A stretch of 64,000 nt of DNA from an uncultured Candidatus Rokubacteria bacterium (lineage in GTDB: Bacteria > Methylomirabilota > Methylomirabilia > Rokubacteriales > CSP1-6): NCBI GenBank assembly GCA_963789955.1, contig CAWBMV010000021.1, positions 42,876 to 106,875 of the forward strand, written 5' to 3'. Of the stretch, positions 31,715 to 42,047 are shown in pieces. The translations under genes were made by a program, and so were the position numbers. Below the pieces are notes generated by a model. The model was not told the DNA's origin, ran no database searches, and saw nothing but the letters and a program-made list of their open reading frames with translations. Every line of letters begins with the position of its first letter. Position 1 is the first letter of the stretch.

Positions 31715-32622
31715 GCCAGGCGCCGCAGACCTTTCGTGAGTACTGGCAGGAGACGCTCGGCAGTCTGGCGCGCTATCCCGCGTGCCCCGAGCTCGACCCG
31801 GTCCCGCTGCGCAGCACCGCGTTTGCCACCTTGTACGGCGTCCGCCTCACCAGCGTCGGCCCCTACCGCCTGTTCGGCTATCTCAGCATCCCGACCGGCA
31901 CGGGGCCGTTTCCCGCGATCTACTACGCGCCCAAATACCAGAGTGTTCTCGAGATCATTCCACAGGGCACCGCGAATCTGATCCGCAGCCGGTACATCAT
32001 CTTCTCTCTCGCCGGGCGCGGGCAGCGCAACGCCGACACACCGTATGCGGCGATGTTTCCGGGCTTGCTCACCGAGGGGATCGACGATGCCGCGGCCTAC
32101 ATCTTTCGGGGCATCGTTGCCGACAGCGTCAGAGGTCTGGAGTTCCTGTCGACCCGGCGCGAGCTCGATCCGAAGCGAGTCGCCGTGGTGGGCAACGACC
32201 TGGCGCTCATCACCGCCGCGTTGACGTCAGGCGCGACGCACGTGGTGGCGGCGCCGGCGCTGTTCTACAAGACAGCCGACCTTGCCGCGAAGACGCAGAC
32301 GTACCCGCTCGAGGAGATCAACGATTACCTGCGGACCTTCCCGGCGCGCGCCGAGGCCGTGCGCCGCACGCTCGCCTACTACGACCTCCTCGCCTTTGCT
32401 CCCCGCGTCGCGGCAGAGACGCTCCTGATGGCCGGCGCGCCCGGCACCCTGCTCGGCGGGCAGGCGCTGAAGCCACTCGTCGACGCGATTCCGGGCCGCG
32501 TGACGGTCCACGAATCCGAGCACTCCACCTACCGGGACGGCCTCTACGCCGAGCAGTGGATCGCCGCGCAGTGCGGGATCGGCGATCTACAGAGCATCCT
32601 TCCGGAGCACTGGCGCGACTGA
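31711..32622 (+). CDS. CE7 esterase homolog lacking the catalytic Ser motif
   Basis: FREYWQETL, GPFPAI, YIFRGIVAD, YPLEEINDY, TLAYYD; VAVVGNDLA at the GxSxG position. Confidence 0.75.
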   Translation: MSQAPQTFREYWQETLGSLARYPACPELDPVPLRSTAFATLYGVRLTSVGPYRLFGYLSIPTGTGPFPAIYYAPKYQSVLEIIPQGTANLIRSRYIIFSLAGRGQRNADTPYAAMFPGLLTEGIDDAAAYIFRGIVADSVRGLEFLSTRRELDPKRVAVVGNDLALITAALTSGATHVVAAPALFYKTADLAAKTQTYPLEEINDYLRTFPARAEAVRRTLAYYDLLAFAPRVAAETLLMAGAPGTLLGGQALKPLVDAIPGRVTVHESEHSTYRDGLYAEQWIAAQCGIGDLQSILPEHWRD

Positions 32623-32634
32623 CGCTTCGCGGAA

Positions 32635-33408
32635 CTAGACGCCGCGCCGCACGCGATAGTCCACGTTGTCCCTCACCCACTTCCAGAATCGATCCTGGCT
32701 CGGAAGATCGGCGTCCGGCTTCATCTGGGCGCGCCAGCCCTTCATGACGTCGTGCTCCACGGCCCAGAAGCGCACCCGGTCGCGCTTCACCAGCTTGCGC
32801 CAGTTGTCGCCGACCTTGGGGCTGGCGTAGACCAGGCGGACCGTGACGCTCTTGGAGAGGTAGTCGAGCGGACTGAGATCGATGCGCTGGTACGACGCGG
32901 GCGTCCCCGACTTGATCGTCCCGTCGGGCACGTCGGGCACCCCGTCGCTGACCACCATCACGGTGATCGGCGCCAGCACGAGATTGCGCTCCTTCACGTG
33001 GCGCGAGACCTGCTGGAAGAAGACGTTGAAATCGGTGAGCGTGTCCGTGGGCGGAAACCACTTCCGGAGGTCGGCCTCGATCTGCTTGACGTCCTTGTTG
33101 TTGAACTCGTGGATCGGGTGGAAGGACTTCGGCTCCTGGTTGTCCCGCCCGCCGATGGCCGTCACGAACAGATCGCGCGGTTTCGAGAGGCCGCCGAGCT
33201 CGTGCATGTGGCCGTACAGGTAGTGGGCGACAAACGTGATGGCATCGTCGTAGGCCGGTCGGAACGATCCGCTGGTGTCGATGCCGACGAACAACGTCGA
33301 CCGCGGCCCCTTGTTCTCCTCCGTCTCCGCCGCCGACGCCACCACGGCGATACTGAGCAGAGCGGCCACGACCAGGCGAGTGGCGAGGGAACGACCCAGG
33401 TACCTCAT
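32635..33408 (-). CDS. Secreted vWA-like domain protein
   Basis: Signal peptide; GIDTSGS (DxSxS), TDF and VVSDG MIDAS-like elements. Confidence 0.65.
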   Translation of the reverse strand: MRYLGRSLATRLVVAALLSIAVVASAAETEENKGPRSTLFVGIDTSGSFRPAYDDAITFVAHYLYGHMHELGGLSKPRDLFVTAIGGRDNQEPKSFHPIHEFNNKDVKQIEADLRKWFPPTDTLTDFNVFFQQVSRHVKERNLVLAPITVMVVSDGVPDVPDGTIKSGTPASYQRIDLSPLDYLSKSVTVRLVYASPKVGDNWRKLVKRDRVRFWAVEHDVMKGWRAQMKPDADLPSQDRFWKWVRDNVDYRVRRGV

Positions 33409-34640
33409 AGCGTGGCCGGCTTCCGCGGCGGCGTGTGCATGTGCATAGTCTGCAAGATGTGCCAGGTCTGCGTGATCTCACTACCGTCCTTGAAGGGCAG
33501 CGAGAAGACCTGACGGGAGGACACGAGGACCATGCCGAAGTTGACCGCGGCGGCCGCGAGCTGCAAGACCGGCAGCACCAGGTAGTCGAGGAGCTCGGCG
33601 CTCTTGGCGTGGAGCCATTCGATTTCCTGCTTGAGCTCGGCCACCGGCTGTCGCCACCACGCCGGCGTCGGCTTGCCGTTGGTGGGGCGCTGGGCGGCGT
33701 CGTCCACCATCGGCCGCCGCGAGATGAAGGCGAGCATCGGCGGGGTTCCGAACTGGCCGAACAGGAACCACGTCATGCCGCGGATACCGATCCAGCCGAA
33801 CGACGACAGGGCGAGCGTGACCGTGAGGCCCAGCTTCATCCCCGTCTGCTGCGAGATCCATGGCGTCAGCGCGTCGATGAGCTCGCGATAGAGGAAGATG
33901 ACCTCGAAGAACATGACGAACAGCTCGACCACGACCATCTGGACGATGAACTTCCACTCCCGCTTCTTCACCGCGTCCATCAAGGTCTGCACGCACGCGA
34001 AGCTGCCCATGACGAGCAGCAGCAGGAAGAAGTAGAGGATCGGGGTCGTGTAGTGTGCCGTCGACTCGCCGCCGACGAGGTCGGCGAGGAGCTCGGTCAC
34101 CGTGGGCATCAAGGTGTACGTGAAGATGGCGGCCTCGAGCGCGCACCAGAAGATGAGCATCACGAACGCGACCCAGGGCACGCCCGGCGTGAAATAGCTC
34201 TGCGTCATGCGGCCGGTCATCGTGAAGGGCATCAATAGTATCTGGCGAATCACTTCGAGCACGAGCTTCGCCACGAAGGTGCTGAACGTCACGGCCCATC
34301 CCAGGGCCACCCCGACGAACCGGAACATGCCCACCCAGTAGAGCCACACGGCGCGCACGGCATCCCACCACGTCAGCATCATCGTCGGGATGAACTGCGC
34401 GCGCCCCGAGCGGAACGGCAATGTATAGATCGAGAGCTGGGTGCACCAGACCGCCGCGACGGCGAGCAGCGCCGGGAAGACCAGGAAGAGATATTTCGCG
34501 GTGACGAGCCACCAGGGACCCGGGGCGAAGAAGAAGTCCCAGAGCATGTGCTGCATCCGCGGGATCCACGCCAGCGGCGCAATCAACACATCCACCAGCT
34601 GACGCCAGGGTTCGGGAATCTGTTGAAAGAGCTCAAACAT
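33405..34640 (-). CDS. Polytopic membrane protein of unknown function
   Basis: About 8-9 hydrophobic segments; AGGAGG RBS; overlaps the vWA gene by 4 nt. Confidence 0.75.
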   Translation of the reverse strand: MFELFQQIPEPWRQLVDVLIAPLAWIPRMQHMLWDFFFAPGPWWLVTAKYLFLVFPALLAVAAVWCTQLSIYTLPFRSGRAQFIPTMMLTWWDAVRAVWLYWVGMFRFVGVALGWAVTFSTFVAKLVLEVIRQILLMPFTMTGRMTQSYFTPGVPWVAFVMLIFWCALEAAIFTYTLMPTVTELLADLVGGESTAHYTTPILYFFLLLLVMGSFACVQTLMDAVKKREWKFIVQMVVVELFVMFFEVIFLYRELIDALTPWISQQTGMKLGLTVTLALSSFGWIGIRGMTWFLFGQFGTPPMLAFISRRPMVDDAAQRPTNGKPTPAWWRQPVAELKQEIEWLHAKSAELLDYLVLPVLQLAAAAVNFGMVLVSSRQVFSLPFKDGSEITQTWHILQTMHMHTPPRKPATL

Positions 34641-34679
34641 TGACGCCTCCTTGGGCCTGGGAGCATGGCGAACGAGCGC

Positions 34680-35770
34680 CTAGCGACTTAGCAAGCCTTC
34701 GGCCGCGCGCGTAAGATGACGATTCCTCGACGATGACCACCTTTCGCCGGTGGCTGTTTGGCATCGCTGAGCGAAATTGGCACGCCCACGCAGGCACGAG
34801 ACGCCTGAGTCGTGGGTCTCGGGTCGTCTATCGAGTCGTACCGGTCTTACCACGCCGCGGATCCCGGCGAGCCTATGGCCGATCACAACCCGAAGGTGCT
34901 GAAGGATTCGTGCGCATCCGGGGAGCGGATCGCGCCACGCGAAGAGCAGTTGACGGGCTCCCAGCCATTGCCACAGCCAGGTGCGCGAACAATCGGTCGA
35001 GGGATTCGATGGCTCCCCGAACGCGATCGAGCGGCACGCTGACCATGTAGGTGCTGTCGCCGAAGTCCGGGGGAAACATGCGCAGGCGCTGCCTGACGAA
35101 GCGCGTGATGGGACGTCCGAGCCGGTCGACGAACCCTTCCACCATGTAGTGGCAGGTCGGCGGCCCCGGGATATATTCTGTAGCATGACGTCGAGCCCCC
35201 GCCGCTGGGCATCGAGCGCGAGGGCAATCGCCTCGGACGGCGTCTCGAAGTGCAAGCCCTTGGCGCCGTAACCACGACGGAAGGCCTGAGAATGGCGCGG
35301 CTTCAGGAACGCGTTCACAAAAGCATCGGTGCGGACAGCAGCCCAGTCGCCCTCGTTCTCGAACAACACCGTGCGAGGGTGCGGCACGTCGAGCTGGTCC
35401 AGGAGTCTCGCGAAGCGCCCCTGGTCGATGAGAGCGTCGAGGCTCTCCGCGGACGCGAGACTCGCCGGGAACCTCGCGGCGACTGTCGGATCGACCTGGG
35501 CCATCGCGAGGGCCCACTCATCGCTGCAGGGGATGACCACCATGCGGTCCACGGGCAGCTTCGCCAGAAACGCGGACAGCGTCGTGGGCGTGGGTTGTCC
35601 CACTCTGCCGGCGCCGCGCGGTGCCACCTGGAGTACGACACAAAGCTGCCGTCGGTCCCGGTCGCGAAAAGCGGAATGCGCTTTCGGCCCAGGCTTCGGA
35701 TCGTGCTCAACGTCAAGATCCAGGGACCGCCGATGATCAGGACAGGAACGCGAGGGGTGAAATCGCGCAC
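34680..35770 (-). pseudogene. ATP-grasp/carboxylate-amine ligase-like gene, frameshifted and internally deleted
   Basis: IRSLGRKRI, VVIPCSDEW, LDVPHPRT, FLKPR, EYIPGPP, RLRMFPPDFG, WRDPLPG across three frames; the catalytic E-x-N segment is not present. Confidence 0.6.
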
Positions 35771-35851
35771 GGCTGCACTCCGGTGAGGCGTAAAGTCGAC
35801 CGTCCCCACTATAGCTGGTTTCCGAGTCGTGGCCGGGCGGGATGAAGGGAC

Positions 35852-36610
35852 ATGGTGAGACCTGAAGGAGCCTACAGCATTTCGGCGGAGACACTGATCC
35901 TCGCGGCGCTCGTGATCTTCATCGGGTACACGATATTCGGCGCCACCGGCTTCGGCGCGTCGCCGATCACGATCCCCGTCCTCGCGCACGTGCTTCCGCT
36001 GACCCTGGTGCTCTCGCTGGCCGCGCTCCTCGACTTCGGCTCAGGTCTGGCTCTCGGGTTTCATACGCGCAAGCAGGCCAACATGCCGGAGCTGCTGACG
36101 CTCGTGCCGTTCACCGTGATAGGGCTCACCTTGGGCGTGACGCTCCTCGTCAACATGCCACGCGACGTGACCGTGCGGGCGCTCGGGTTGTTCGTGTGCG
36201 TGTACGCGCTCTACGTGATGCTTCGGCGCGCGCCGGTGCGACGACTGAGTCGGTGGTGGGCGGCGCCTGCCGGCGTGCTCGGAGGCATCGTCGGAAGCCT
36301 CTTCGGTATGGGCGGTCCGCCGTACGTCGTGTACATCTCCGGCCGAATCCCGGACCCGGCGGCCCAGCGCGCGACCATCTCCCAGATGGTGATCCTGAAC
36401 GTCGGCCTGCGGGTCCTGGCCTTCGCTCTCGCCGGCCTGCTGCTCTCGCGCCCGCTCTGGATCGCCGTGATGGTCCTGCTGCCCGTGGCATGGGCCGGAG
36501 TGTGGGCCGGCAATCGAGCGCACGTGAGCGTCGCGCCGGCGACGATGGCCCGCACGATCGGCGCAGCGCTGTTCATCACCGGCGTCGCGCTGATCGTGCG
36601 AACGCTCTAG
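35852..36610 (+). CDS. TauE/SafE sulfite exporter family protein
   Basis: GATGFG, FGMGGPPYVVY, RAT; about eight TM segments. Confidence 0.88.
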   Translation: MVRPEGAYSISAETLILAALVIFIGYTIFGATGFGASPITIPVLAHVLPLTLVLSLAALLDFGSGLALGFHTRKQANMPELLTLVPFTVIGLTLGVTLLVNMPRDVTVRALGLFVCVYALYVMLRRAPVRRLSRWWAAPAGVLGGIVGSLFGMGGPPYVVYISGRIPDPAAQRATISQMVILNVGLRVLAFALAGLLLSRPLWIAVMVLLPVAWAGVWAGNRAHVSVAPATMARTIGAALFITGVALIVRTL

Positions 36611-36628
36611 AGCGCGCCGCGCGTCACG

Positions 36629-37111
36629 TCACAGGCCGACGGTTGTCCGAATGCTCCCCATGTGCTCGTCAATGTGCGAGAGCAGGCCGAGATTGATGAG
36701 CTGCTCGGCCGTCATGGGCGGCGCATCGGTGAAGACGGTTCCGCTTTTCGCCAGCTGATCGTCGGACAAGCCGCGGAGCATGGCCGATGCCGTCGCGGCC
36801 CCCTTCTGGAAGAGCGCGAGCGTTTCCGCGCGCGTGCAGTGGGCGTGCTCCACGGCGTGCTGCGCGTTCATCTGGTCCAGCATGGTCCGCGTGAAGTTGC
36901 CGCGTGGCGGCGCGCCGGCCACGAGACCTGTCACGATGCCGGCCACCGCCTCCAGTCCCCCCGCCAGATGATGCGCGGTCACGCCTACCGTCCACTTCTC
37001 CGCCGCCGTAATCTTCTGCCAGTCCGCGTCGCCTAGCTTCTGAAGCGTCGCCACGGCGTCCCGGGCCTTTCCCTCGAGCTGTGCGGCCAGTGCCCCTGTC
37101 TTCGCTCCCAT
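36629..37111 (-). CDS. DinB/MDMPI-like protein
   Basis: WTVGVTAHHL and HIDEH metal-binding His pattern; GGAG RBS before ATG 37111. Confidence 0.7.
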   Translation of the reverse strand: MGAKTGALAAQLEGKARDAVATLQKLGDADWQKITAAEKWTVGVTAHHLAGGLEAVAGIVTGLVAGAPPRGNFTRTMLDQMNAQHAVEHAHCTRAETLALFQKGAATASAMLRGLSDDQLAKSGTVFTDAPPMTAEQLINLGLLSHIDEHMGSIRTTVGL

Positions 37112-37213
37112 GGATCTCTCCCTCCTCTTACCTATACGTCGAACGCGCCCGGCCGAAATCGACACTCGGCAGACGGATAGGCAACGACGGAGGACGCGCC
37201 TGGGGTGCTGTAG

Positions 37214-38434
37214 CTAGCGCAGCCGCGGACCCGGGTCCATCTTCATGAGGGCCCGGCCGCCGATCGGGTACCACTCCGGCGCGATCGTCACCGCCTGGCC
37301 GACCACGTGGAGATCGCGCCAGCACTCGGCCAGCCGACTCTCGCGCCGGTAGGACGTGCTGCCGCCGAGCCGGTACATCAAATCCATCGCCTCACGAGCG
37401 CAGTCGGCAGCATGCACCGCGGCCAGCCGGCAACGAGCTCGCTGCTCGAGTGTGGTCTCCTCGCCGGCCGCGACGGTCTTCCACAGCTCGGTGATCATCG
37501 CGCTGCGATGCGCGCGACCGGCGTTCAGGATCGCGTCGGCCCGACCGACCGCGTCCTGAACTTGAGGACTGTCGCAGAGGCGACCGGTCCGGCCGCGCGG
37601 CGTCTTCTCGCTCGCCAGCTCGATCAGCGCGTCGATGCCCGCGCGGGCGATGCCGGTGATCACGGCGCAGTGATGGGGTCCGACCCAGGCCTGCGCGGGC
37701 AAGGCGTACGAGATCCCGGGCCAGCGCTGCCATTGGTTGTCGAGCGGGATACCGGCGTGGACCATCATCCGCCGCTCCGGCAGGAAGACATCGTCGACCG
37801 TCCAGTCGAAGCTGCCGGTTGCCCGCATCCCGGCCACGTCCCAGCTGCCCTCGACGATCCGCGCTTCTGAACGCGCGAACAGCCCGCGCCAGTAGACCGA
37901 GCTCCCATCCGGGCTGCGGCGCGGCTGGTCGCCGTCGAAAATCTGGAAGCTTCCCAGCATCCAGGAGCTCTCCTGGCAGCCGGTGCCGAAGGGCCAGCGA
38001 CCCGTGACTCGATAGCCACCGTCGACGGGCAAGGCCCGGCCGCCGCCCATCACGGCGGTGCCGGCGATGACGGTGTCGGGCCTCTGCGCGTAGATCTCGT
38101 GGACGCCCTCGTCCGGCAACCCGAGCGTGACGAGCTGGCCGATGCTGTTGTTGGCCACGTTCCAGCCGGCCGAGCCGGCGGCCTCGGCCAGGAGCTCCAC
38201 GACCCGCACGTAGGTCAGCGGGTCGGCCTGCAGGCCGCCCAATGCACGCGGCATCACGAGGCTGTAGAAGCCGGCGGCATGAAACTGCTCGACCAGCGCC
38301 TTGGGCAAGCGCTGCTCTCGCTCGATCTCGTCGTGATAGCCGCGGATGACCGGCTGCAGCGCGGCCGCCGCTCGCACCGGCGGCTGCGCGTCGATCTCGT
38401 CCGGCAGGCGTTGCTCTTCCGAAATCTCCCGCAT
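37214..38434 (-). CDS. Acyl-CoA dehydrogenase-fold flavin monooxygenase (HsaA-like)
   Basis: GYRVTGRWPFGTGC, WDVAGMRATGS, CWRDLH. Confidence 0.85.
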   Translation of the reverse strand: MREISEEQRLPDEIDAQPPVRAAAALQPVIRGYHDEIEREQRLPKALVEQFHAAGFYSLVMPRALGGLQADPLTYVRVVELLAEAAGSAGWNVANNSIGQLVTLGLPDEGVHEIYAQRPDTVIAGTAVMGGGRALPVDGGYRVTGRWPFGTGCQESSWMLGSFQIFDGDQPRRSPDGSSVYWRGLFARSEARIVEGSWDVAGMRATGSFDWTVDDVFLPERRMMVHAGIPLDNQWQRWPGISYALPAQAWVGPHHCAVITGIARAGIDALIELASEKTPRGRTGRLCDSPQVQDAVGRADAILNAGRAHRSAMITELWKTVAAGEETTLEQRARCRLAAVHAADCAREAMDLMYRLGGSTSYRRESRLAECWRDLHVVGQAVTIAPEWYPIGGRALMKMDPGPRLR

Positions 38435-38513
38435 GTGGAGCGGATGTTCCGCTGGCGGAGCGAAGGTGTCAAGAGGTACTGTCGCTGATCATCACCACCC
38501 AGGAGACCTGCCC

Positions 38514-39737
38514 ATGTCGCGTTTGAACTTTGGCGCGTTCCTCGCTCCGCACCATCCCATCGGGGAGCACCCGATGCTGCAGTTCCGCCGCGATCTCGAC
38601 CTCGTCGAGCACCTGGACAAGCTCGGGTACGAAGAATTCTGGTGCGGCGAGCACCATTCGAGCGGCTGGGAGATGATCGGCTCGCCCGAGATGTTCCTGG
38701 CCGCGGCGGGCGAGCGGACGAAGCGCATCAAGCTCGCCACCGGCGTCGTCTCCCTGCCCTATCACCATCCCTTCAACGTGGCGCAGCGGATGGTGCAGCT
38801 CGACTACATGACCGGTGGACGGGTGATCTTCGGCTCCGGGCCGGGCGCCTTGGCCTCGGACGCTCACACGCTCGGGATCGATCCGATGCTGCTGCGCGAC
38901 CGGCAGGACGAGGCCATCGGCGTGATCCGCCGCCTGATGCGCGGAGAGCGCCTGACCGTCAAGTCTGACTGGTTCACCCTGCAGGACGCCGCCCTCCAGT
39001 TGTTGCCGTTGCAGGAGGACATGCCCTTCGCGGTCGCCTCGCAGATCAGCCCTTCCGGCATGACCCTGGCCGGAAAGCACGGCATCGGCATCATCTCGAT
39101 CGGCTCGCTGTCCGAGGAAGGTCTCAATGCGCTCCCGACGCAATGGGGTTTCGCGGAGGCCGCCGCCGCCGAGCACGGCCAGACCGTCGATCGCAAGAAC
39201 TGGCGAGTGCTGATGAGCTGGCACATTGCGGAGACCCGCGATCAGGCGCGCGCCGAGGCCCGCGAGGGTCTGCTCCGACACCACAACGAGTACATCACGG
39301 CGACCCTGCAACGGCCCGGCGCACATCCGTACAAGAGCGCCGACGAAGCCGTGGACAAGACCGCCTTCGTCCCCGGCGCCGTCGCCACGATCGGCACACC
39401 GGACGATCTCGTCGCTCGCATCAAATCGGTGCTCGAGATCTCCGGCGGATTCGGGACGGTCGTCGGCTTCGTGCACGACTGGGCCAATCCGGAGAACTCG
39501 AGACGGAGCTGGGACATGGTGGCGCGCTACGTGGTGCCGGAGATCAACGGCTATCTCGCCGGCCTGCGCACGTCTCGCGAATTCGTCGCCGACAACCGCG
39601 AGTATTTCAACCGCGCCCGCCAGGCCGTGATGGCGAAGATCACCGAGAATCCGGCCGCGGCCGCCGCGCTCAAGGTCACGAAGTCGCCGCTGCTCGCCGC
39701 TTCGTCCAGCAGCGTGCCGGATCTCACGCAGGCATAA
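38514..39737 (+). CDS. LLM-class flavin-dependent oxidoreductase (limonene monooxygenase-like)
   Basis: FGAFLAPHH, WCGEHHS, LATGVVSLPYHHP, SQISPSG. Confidence 0.88.
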   Translation: MSRLNFGAFLAPHHPIGEHPMLQFRRDLDLVEHLDKLGYEEFWCGEHHSSGWEMIGSPEMFLAAAGERTKRIKLATGVVSLPYHHPFNVAQRMVQLDYMTGGRVIFGSGPGALASDAHTLGIDPMLLRDRQDEAIGVIRRLMRGERLTVKSDWFTLQDAALQLLPLQEDMPFAVASQISPSGMTLAGKHGIGIISIGSLSEEGLNALPTQWGFAEAAAAEHGQTVDRKNWRVLMSWHIAETRDQARAEAREGLLRHHNEYITATLQRPGAHPYKSADEAVDKTAFVPGAVATIGTPDDLVARIKSVLEISGGFGTVVGFVHDWANPENSRRSWDMVARYVVPEINGYLAGLRTSREFVADNREYFNRARQAVMAKITENPAAAAALKVTKSPLLAASSSSVPDLTQA

Positions 39738-39747
39738 TGGCCGGCAG

Positions 39748-40785
39748 ATGACGATCGCCTTGCCGAAACGCCTGGGCTTCTTCACGCGCCTGCTCGATCA
39801 GGCGGACCCCGCCGAGCGGTACCGACTGGCGACCGAGCAGATCATCCACGCCGAACGATTCGGGTTCGATTCGGCCTGGATCGCCCAGCACCATTTCCAT
39901 GAAGACGAGGGCGGCCTTCCCGCGCCGTTCGTCTTTCTCGCGCAGGTCGCTGCCCAGACATCGCGGATCCGCCTCGGGACGGGGATCGTGACCCTGCCGC
40001 TCGAGATGCCGATCCGGGTCGCCGAGGACTCGGCGGTGCTCGACCTGATGTGCGGCGGCCGCCTCGAAGTCGGCGTCGGAGGTGGCGGCAACCTTTCCTC
40101 CTATGCGGCCTTCGGTCGAAACAGCGCCGAGCGCACGACCTTGCTCGTCGAGCACCTGCAAGTGCTACGCGACGCCTGGGCAGGGCGGCCGCTCCCCGGA
40201 GGGAAGGATCAGATGTATCCGGTAAATCCGAGCCTGGTCGAGCGCGTCTGGCAGGCGACGTTCACGGTCGATGGAGCCAGGCGTGCCGGCGCGGCGGGCG
40301 ACGGTCTCATGCTGTCGCGCACGCAACCCCGGCCGGCCAACGCGCCCGATCTGTCGCTGGTCGAGATCCAGAACCCGATGATCGACGCGTACCTGGAGGC
40401 GCTGCCGGAAGGCCGCGAGCCCCGCATCCTCGCGTCGCGCACCGTGTTCGTCGCCGATGACGGCAACGAGGCCCTGCGTCTGGCCGAAATCGGGCTGGGG
40501 CGGCATCGCGCGCGCCTCGCCAGGTTGGGCCGCGCGACCGGAGACGGATCGGGGCTAGACGCGATGATCACCGCGATGGATGTTCATCTCGGCACGCCGG
40601 ACACTGTGATCGCCTCGCTCAAGACGGACAGCACCCTCGCCCGGTCGACCGACCTCGCGGTGCAGGTGCATTCGATCGATCCGCCGCATCCCTTCATCCT
40701 CAGATCGATCGAGCTGGTCGCCGAGGTGGTGGCGCCCGCGCTCGGCTGGGGACGAGATGCCGCGGGAGTTCGGCGAGTCGCGTGA
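39748..40785 (+). CDS. Putative FMN-dependent luciferase-like monooxygenase
   Basis: RLGFFTRLLD, AQHHF, GLMLSRTQPR, QVHSIDPPH. Confidence 0.88.
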   Translation: MTIALPKRLGFFTRLLDQADPAERYRLATEQIIHAERFGFDSAWIAQHHFHEDEGGLPAPFVFLAQVAAQTSRIRLGTGIVTLPLEMPIRVAEDSAVLDLMCGGRLEVGVGGGGNLSSYAAFGRNSAERTTLLVEHLQVLRDAWAGRPLPGGKDQMYPVNPSLVERVWQATFTVDGARRAGAAGDGLMLSRTQPRPANAPDLSLVEIQNPMIDAYLEALPEGREPRILASRTVFVADDGNEALRLAEIGLGRHRARLARLGRATGDGSGLDAMITAMDVHLGTPDTVIASLKTDSTLARSTDLAVQVHSIDPPHPFILRSIELVAEVVAPALGWGRDAAGVRRVA

Positions 40786-40808
40786 CCACCTGAATCGAGG
40801 ACGATGAA

Positions 40809-41411
40809 ATGGCAGGAACGGACGCCGACATTATTGATGCGCTGGTCGGGATCACGCCGGGCTCTCCCCTGGATGCGATCCGCGCCCGGAGACCGGAGGC
40901 GCGTGCTCACGCGCAGGCGACGTACCGAGCGCTGTTCACGCCGGAATCGCTGGGCAACGTCAGCGCACAGGAACGTTTCGCGGTGGGCGAATTCGTCGCT
41001 GGCCTGCATGGCGCCACGGCGATCGCGGATCGCTATGCCGCGCGGCTCGTCGAGAGCGGCGCGCCGGCGGCGCTGAAGGAAGCGGTCGACGCGGCGATCA
41101 AAGAGGCCAAGACCCACGGGCCTTACGGCAGCTACCCGGCGGGGCCGCTCAGCGGTGAAGATACGGCCGGTCCGGTCTATCGCGTGGGAGCAGCAACCCG
41201 CCGCGCGCTCGGTCCGCGCCTCGCCGCGGCATTCGAGCACGTGCACATGCTGGTCTTCCACCCGCGTGACGCCGCGCCGGCGGCGCTGCAAGCGTTGCTG
41301 GACGCCGGCTGGTCGACGACCGACATCGTGACGCTCTCGCAGATCGTCGCCTTCCTGTCCTTTCAGATCCGAGTGGTCATTGGATTGCGCACTCTGGCCG
41401 GCCGTCCCTGA
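40809..41411 (+). CDS. CMD/AhpD-like domain protein (Avi_7170-like)
   Basis: DIIDALVGI, GPYGSYPAGPL, LVFHPRDA, IVTLSQIVAFLSFQIR. Confidence 0.8.
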   Translation: MAGTDADIIDALVGITPGSPLDAIRARRPEARAHAQATYRALFTPESLGNVSAQERFAVGEFVAGLHGATAIADRYAARLVESGAPAALKEAVDAAIKEAKTHGPYGSYPAGPLSGEDTAGPVYRVGAATRRALGPRLAAAFEHVHMLVFHPRDAAPAALQALLDAGWSTTDIVTLSQIVAFLSFQIRVVIGLRTLAGRP

Positions 41412-41427
41412 CGCGCGAGGTGTCGAC

Positions 41428-42036
41428 ATGACCGAGAAGGTCCTGGTTCCCCCCGATCACACGGTTCCGACCGCGTTCACCCGAGCGCAGCTCGATTGGC
41501 TTCCCTGGCTCGAGCCGCTCGCCGTGGAGGCGATGACGGAGCGCCACATGGCGAGCCTGGTGGACGCCGCGCGCATGAAATCGCCGTACTTTCGCCTGCT
41601 CGCCCGCGACCCAGACGCGCTCGAGGCCAGAACGCGAACCGATAAAGATATCTTCTACAACCCCGACGCCGGCCTGCCGCGGGCTGAGCGCGAGCTAGCT
41701 GCCGCCGCGACGTCCCGCTCCAACGGATGCCTCTACTGCGCCTCGGTGCACGCGCGCCACGCCGCGACCTACTCGAAGCGCGAGGCCGACGTTCAGCGGC
41801 TGCTCGACGGCGGTGTCACCGCCGATCTCGGAGAGCGCTGGAATGCGATCGTCGCAGCCTCGGTCGCGCTGACCGCGACGCCGAGCGCGTTCGGGCCGGG
41901 GCACGTCGACCGCCTGCGTCGCGCCGGGCTCGACGATCTGGCGATCTCCGACGTCATCCACGCCGCGGCGTTCTTCAACTGGGCCAATCGCCTGATGCTC
42001 TCACTCGGGGAGCCGGCGGCCACGGCCGGGCCGTAG
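41428..42036 (+). CDS. Alkylhydroperoxidase (AhpD) domain protein (Avi_7169-like)
   Basis: LPRAERELAA, NGCLYCASVHAR CxxC, FFNWANRLMLSLGE. Confidence 0.85.
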   Translation: MTEKVLVPPDHTVPTAFTRAQLDWLPWLEPLAVEAMTERHMASLVDAARMKSPYFRLLARDPDALEARTRTDKDIFYNPDAGLPRAERELAAAATSRSNGCLYCASVHARHAATYSKREADVQRLLDGGVTADLGERWNAIVAASVALTATPSAFGPGHVDRLRRAGLDDLAISDVIHAAAFFNWANRLMLSLGEPAATAGP

Positions 42037-42047
42037 CCACTCGGGTG

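Noticed and set aside
34776..34792. TTGGCACG sigma54-like site on the plus strand
   Set aside because: The GG to GC spacing is 9 rather than 10, and there is no convincing downstream gene.
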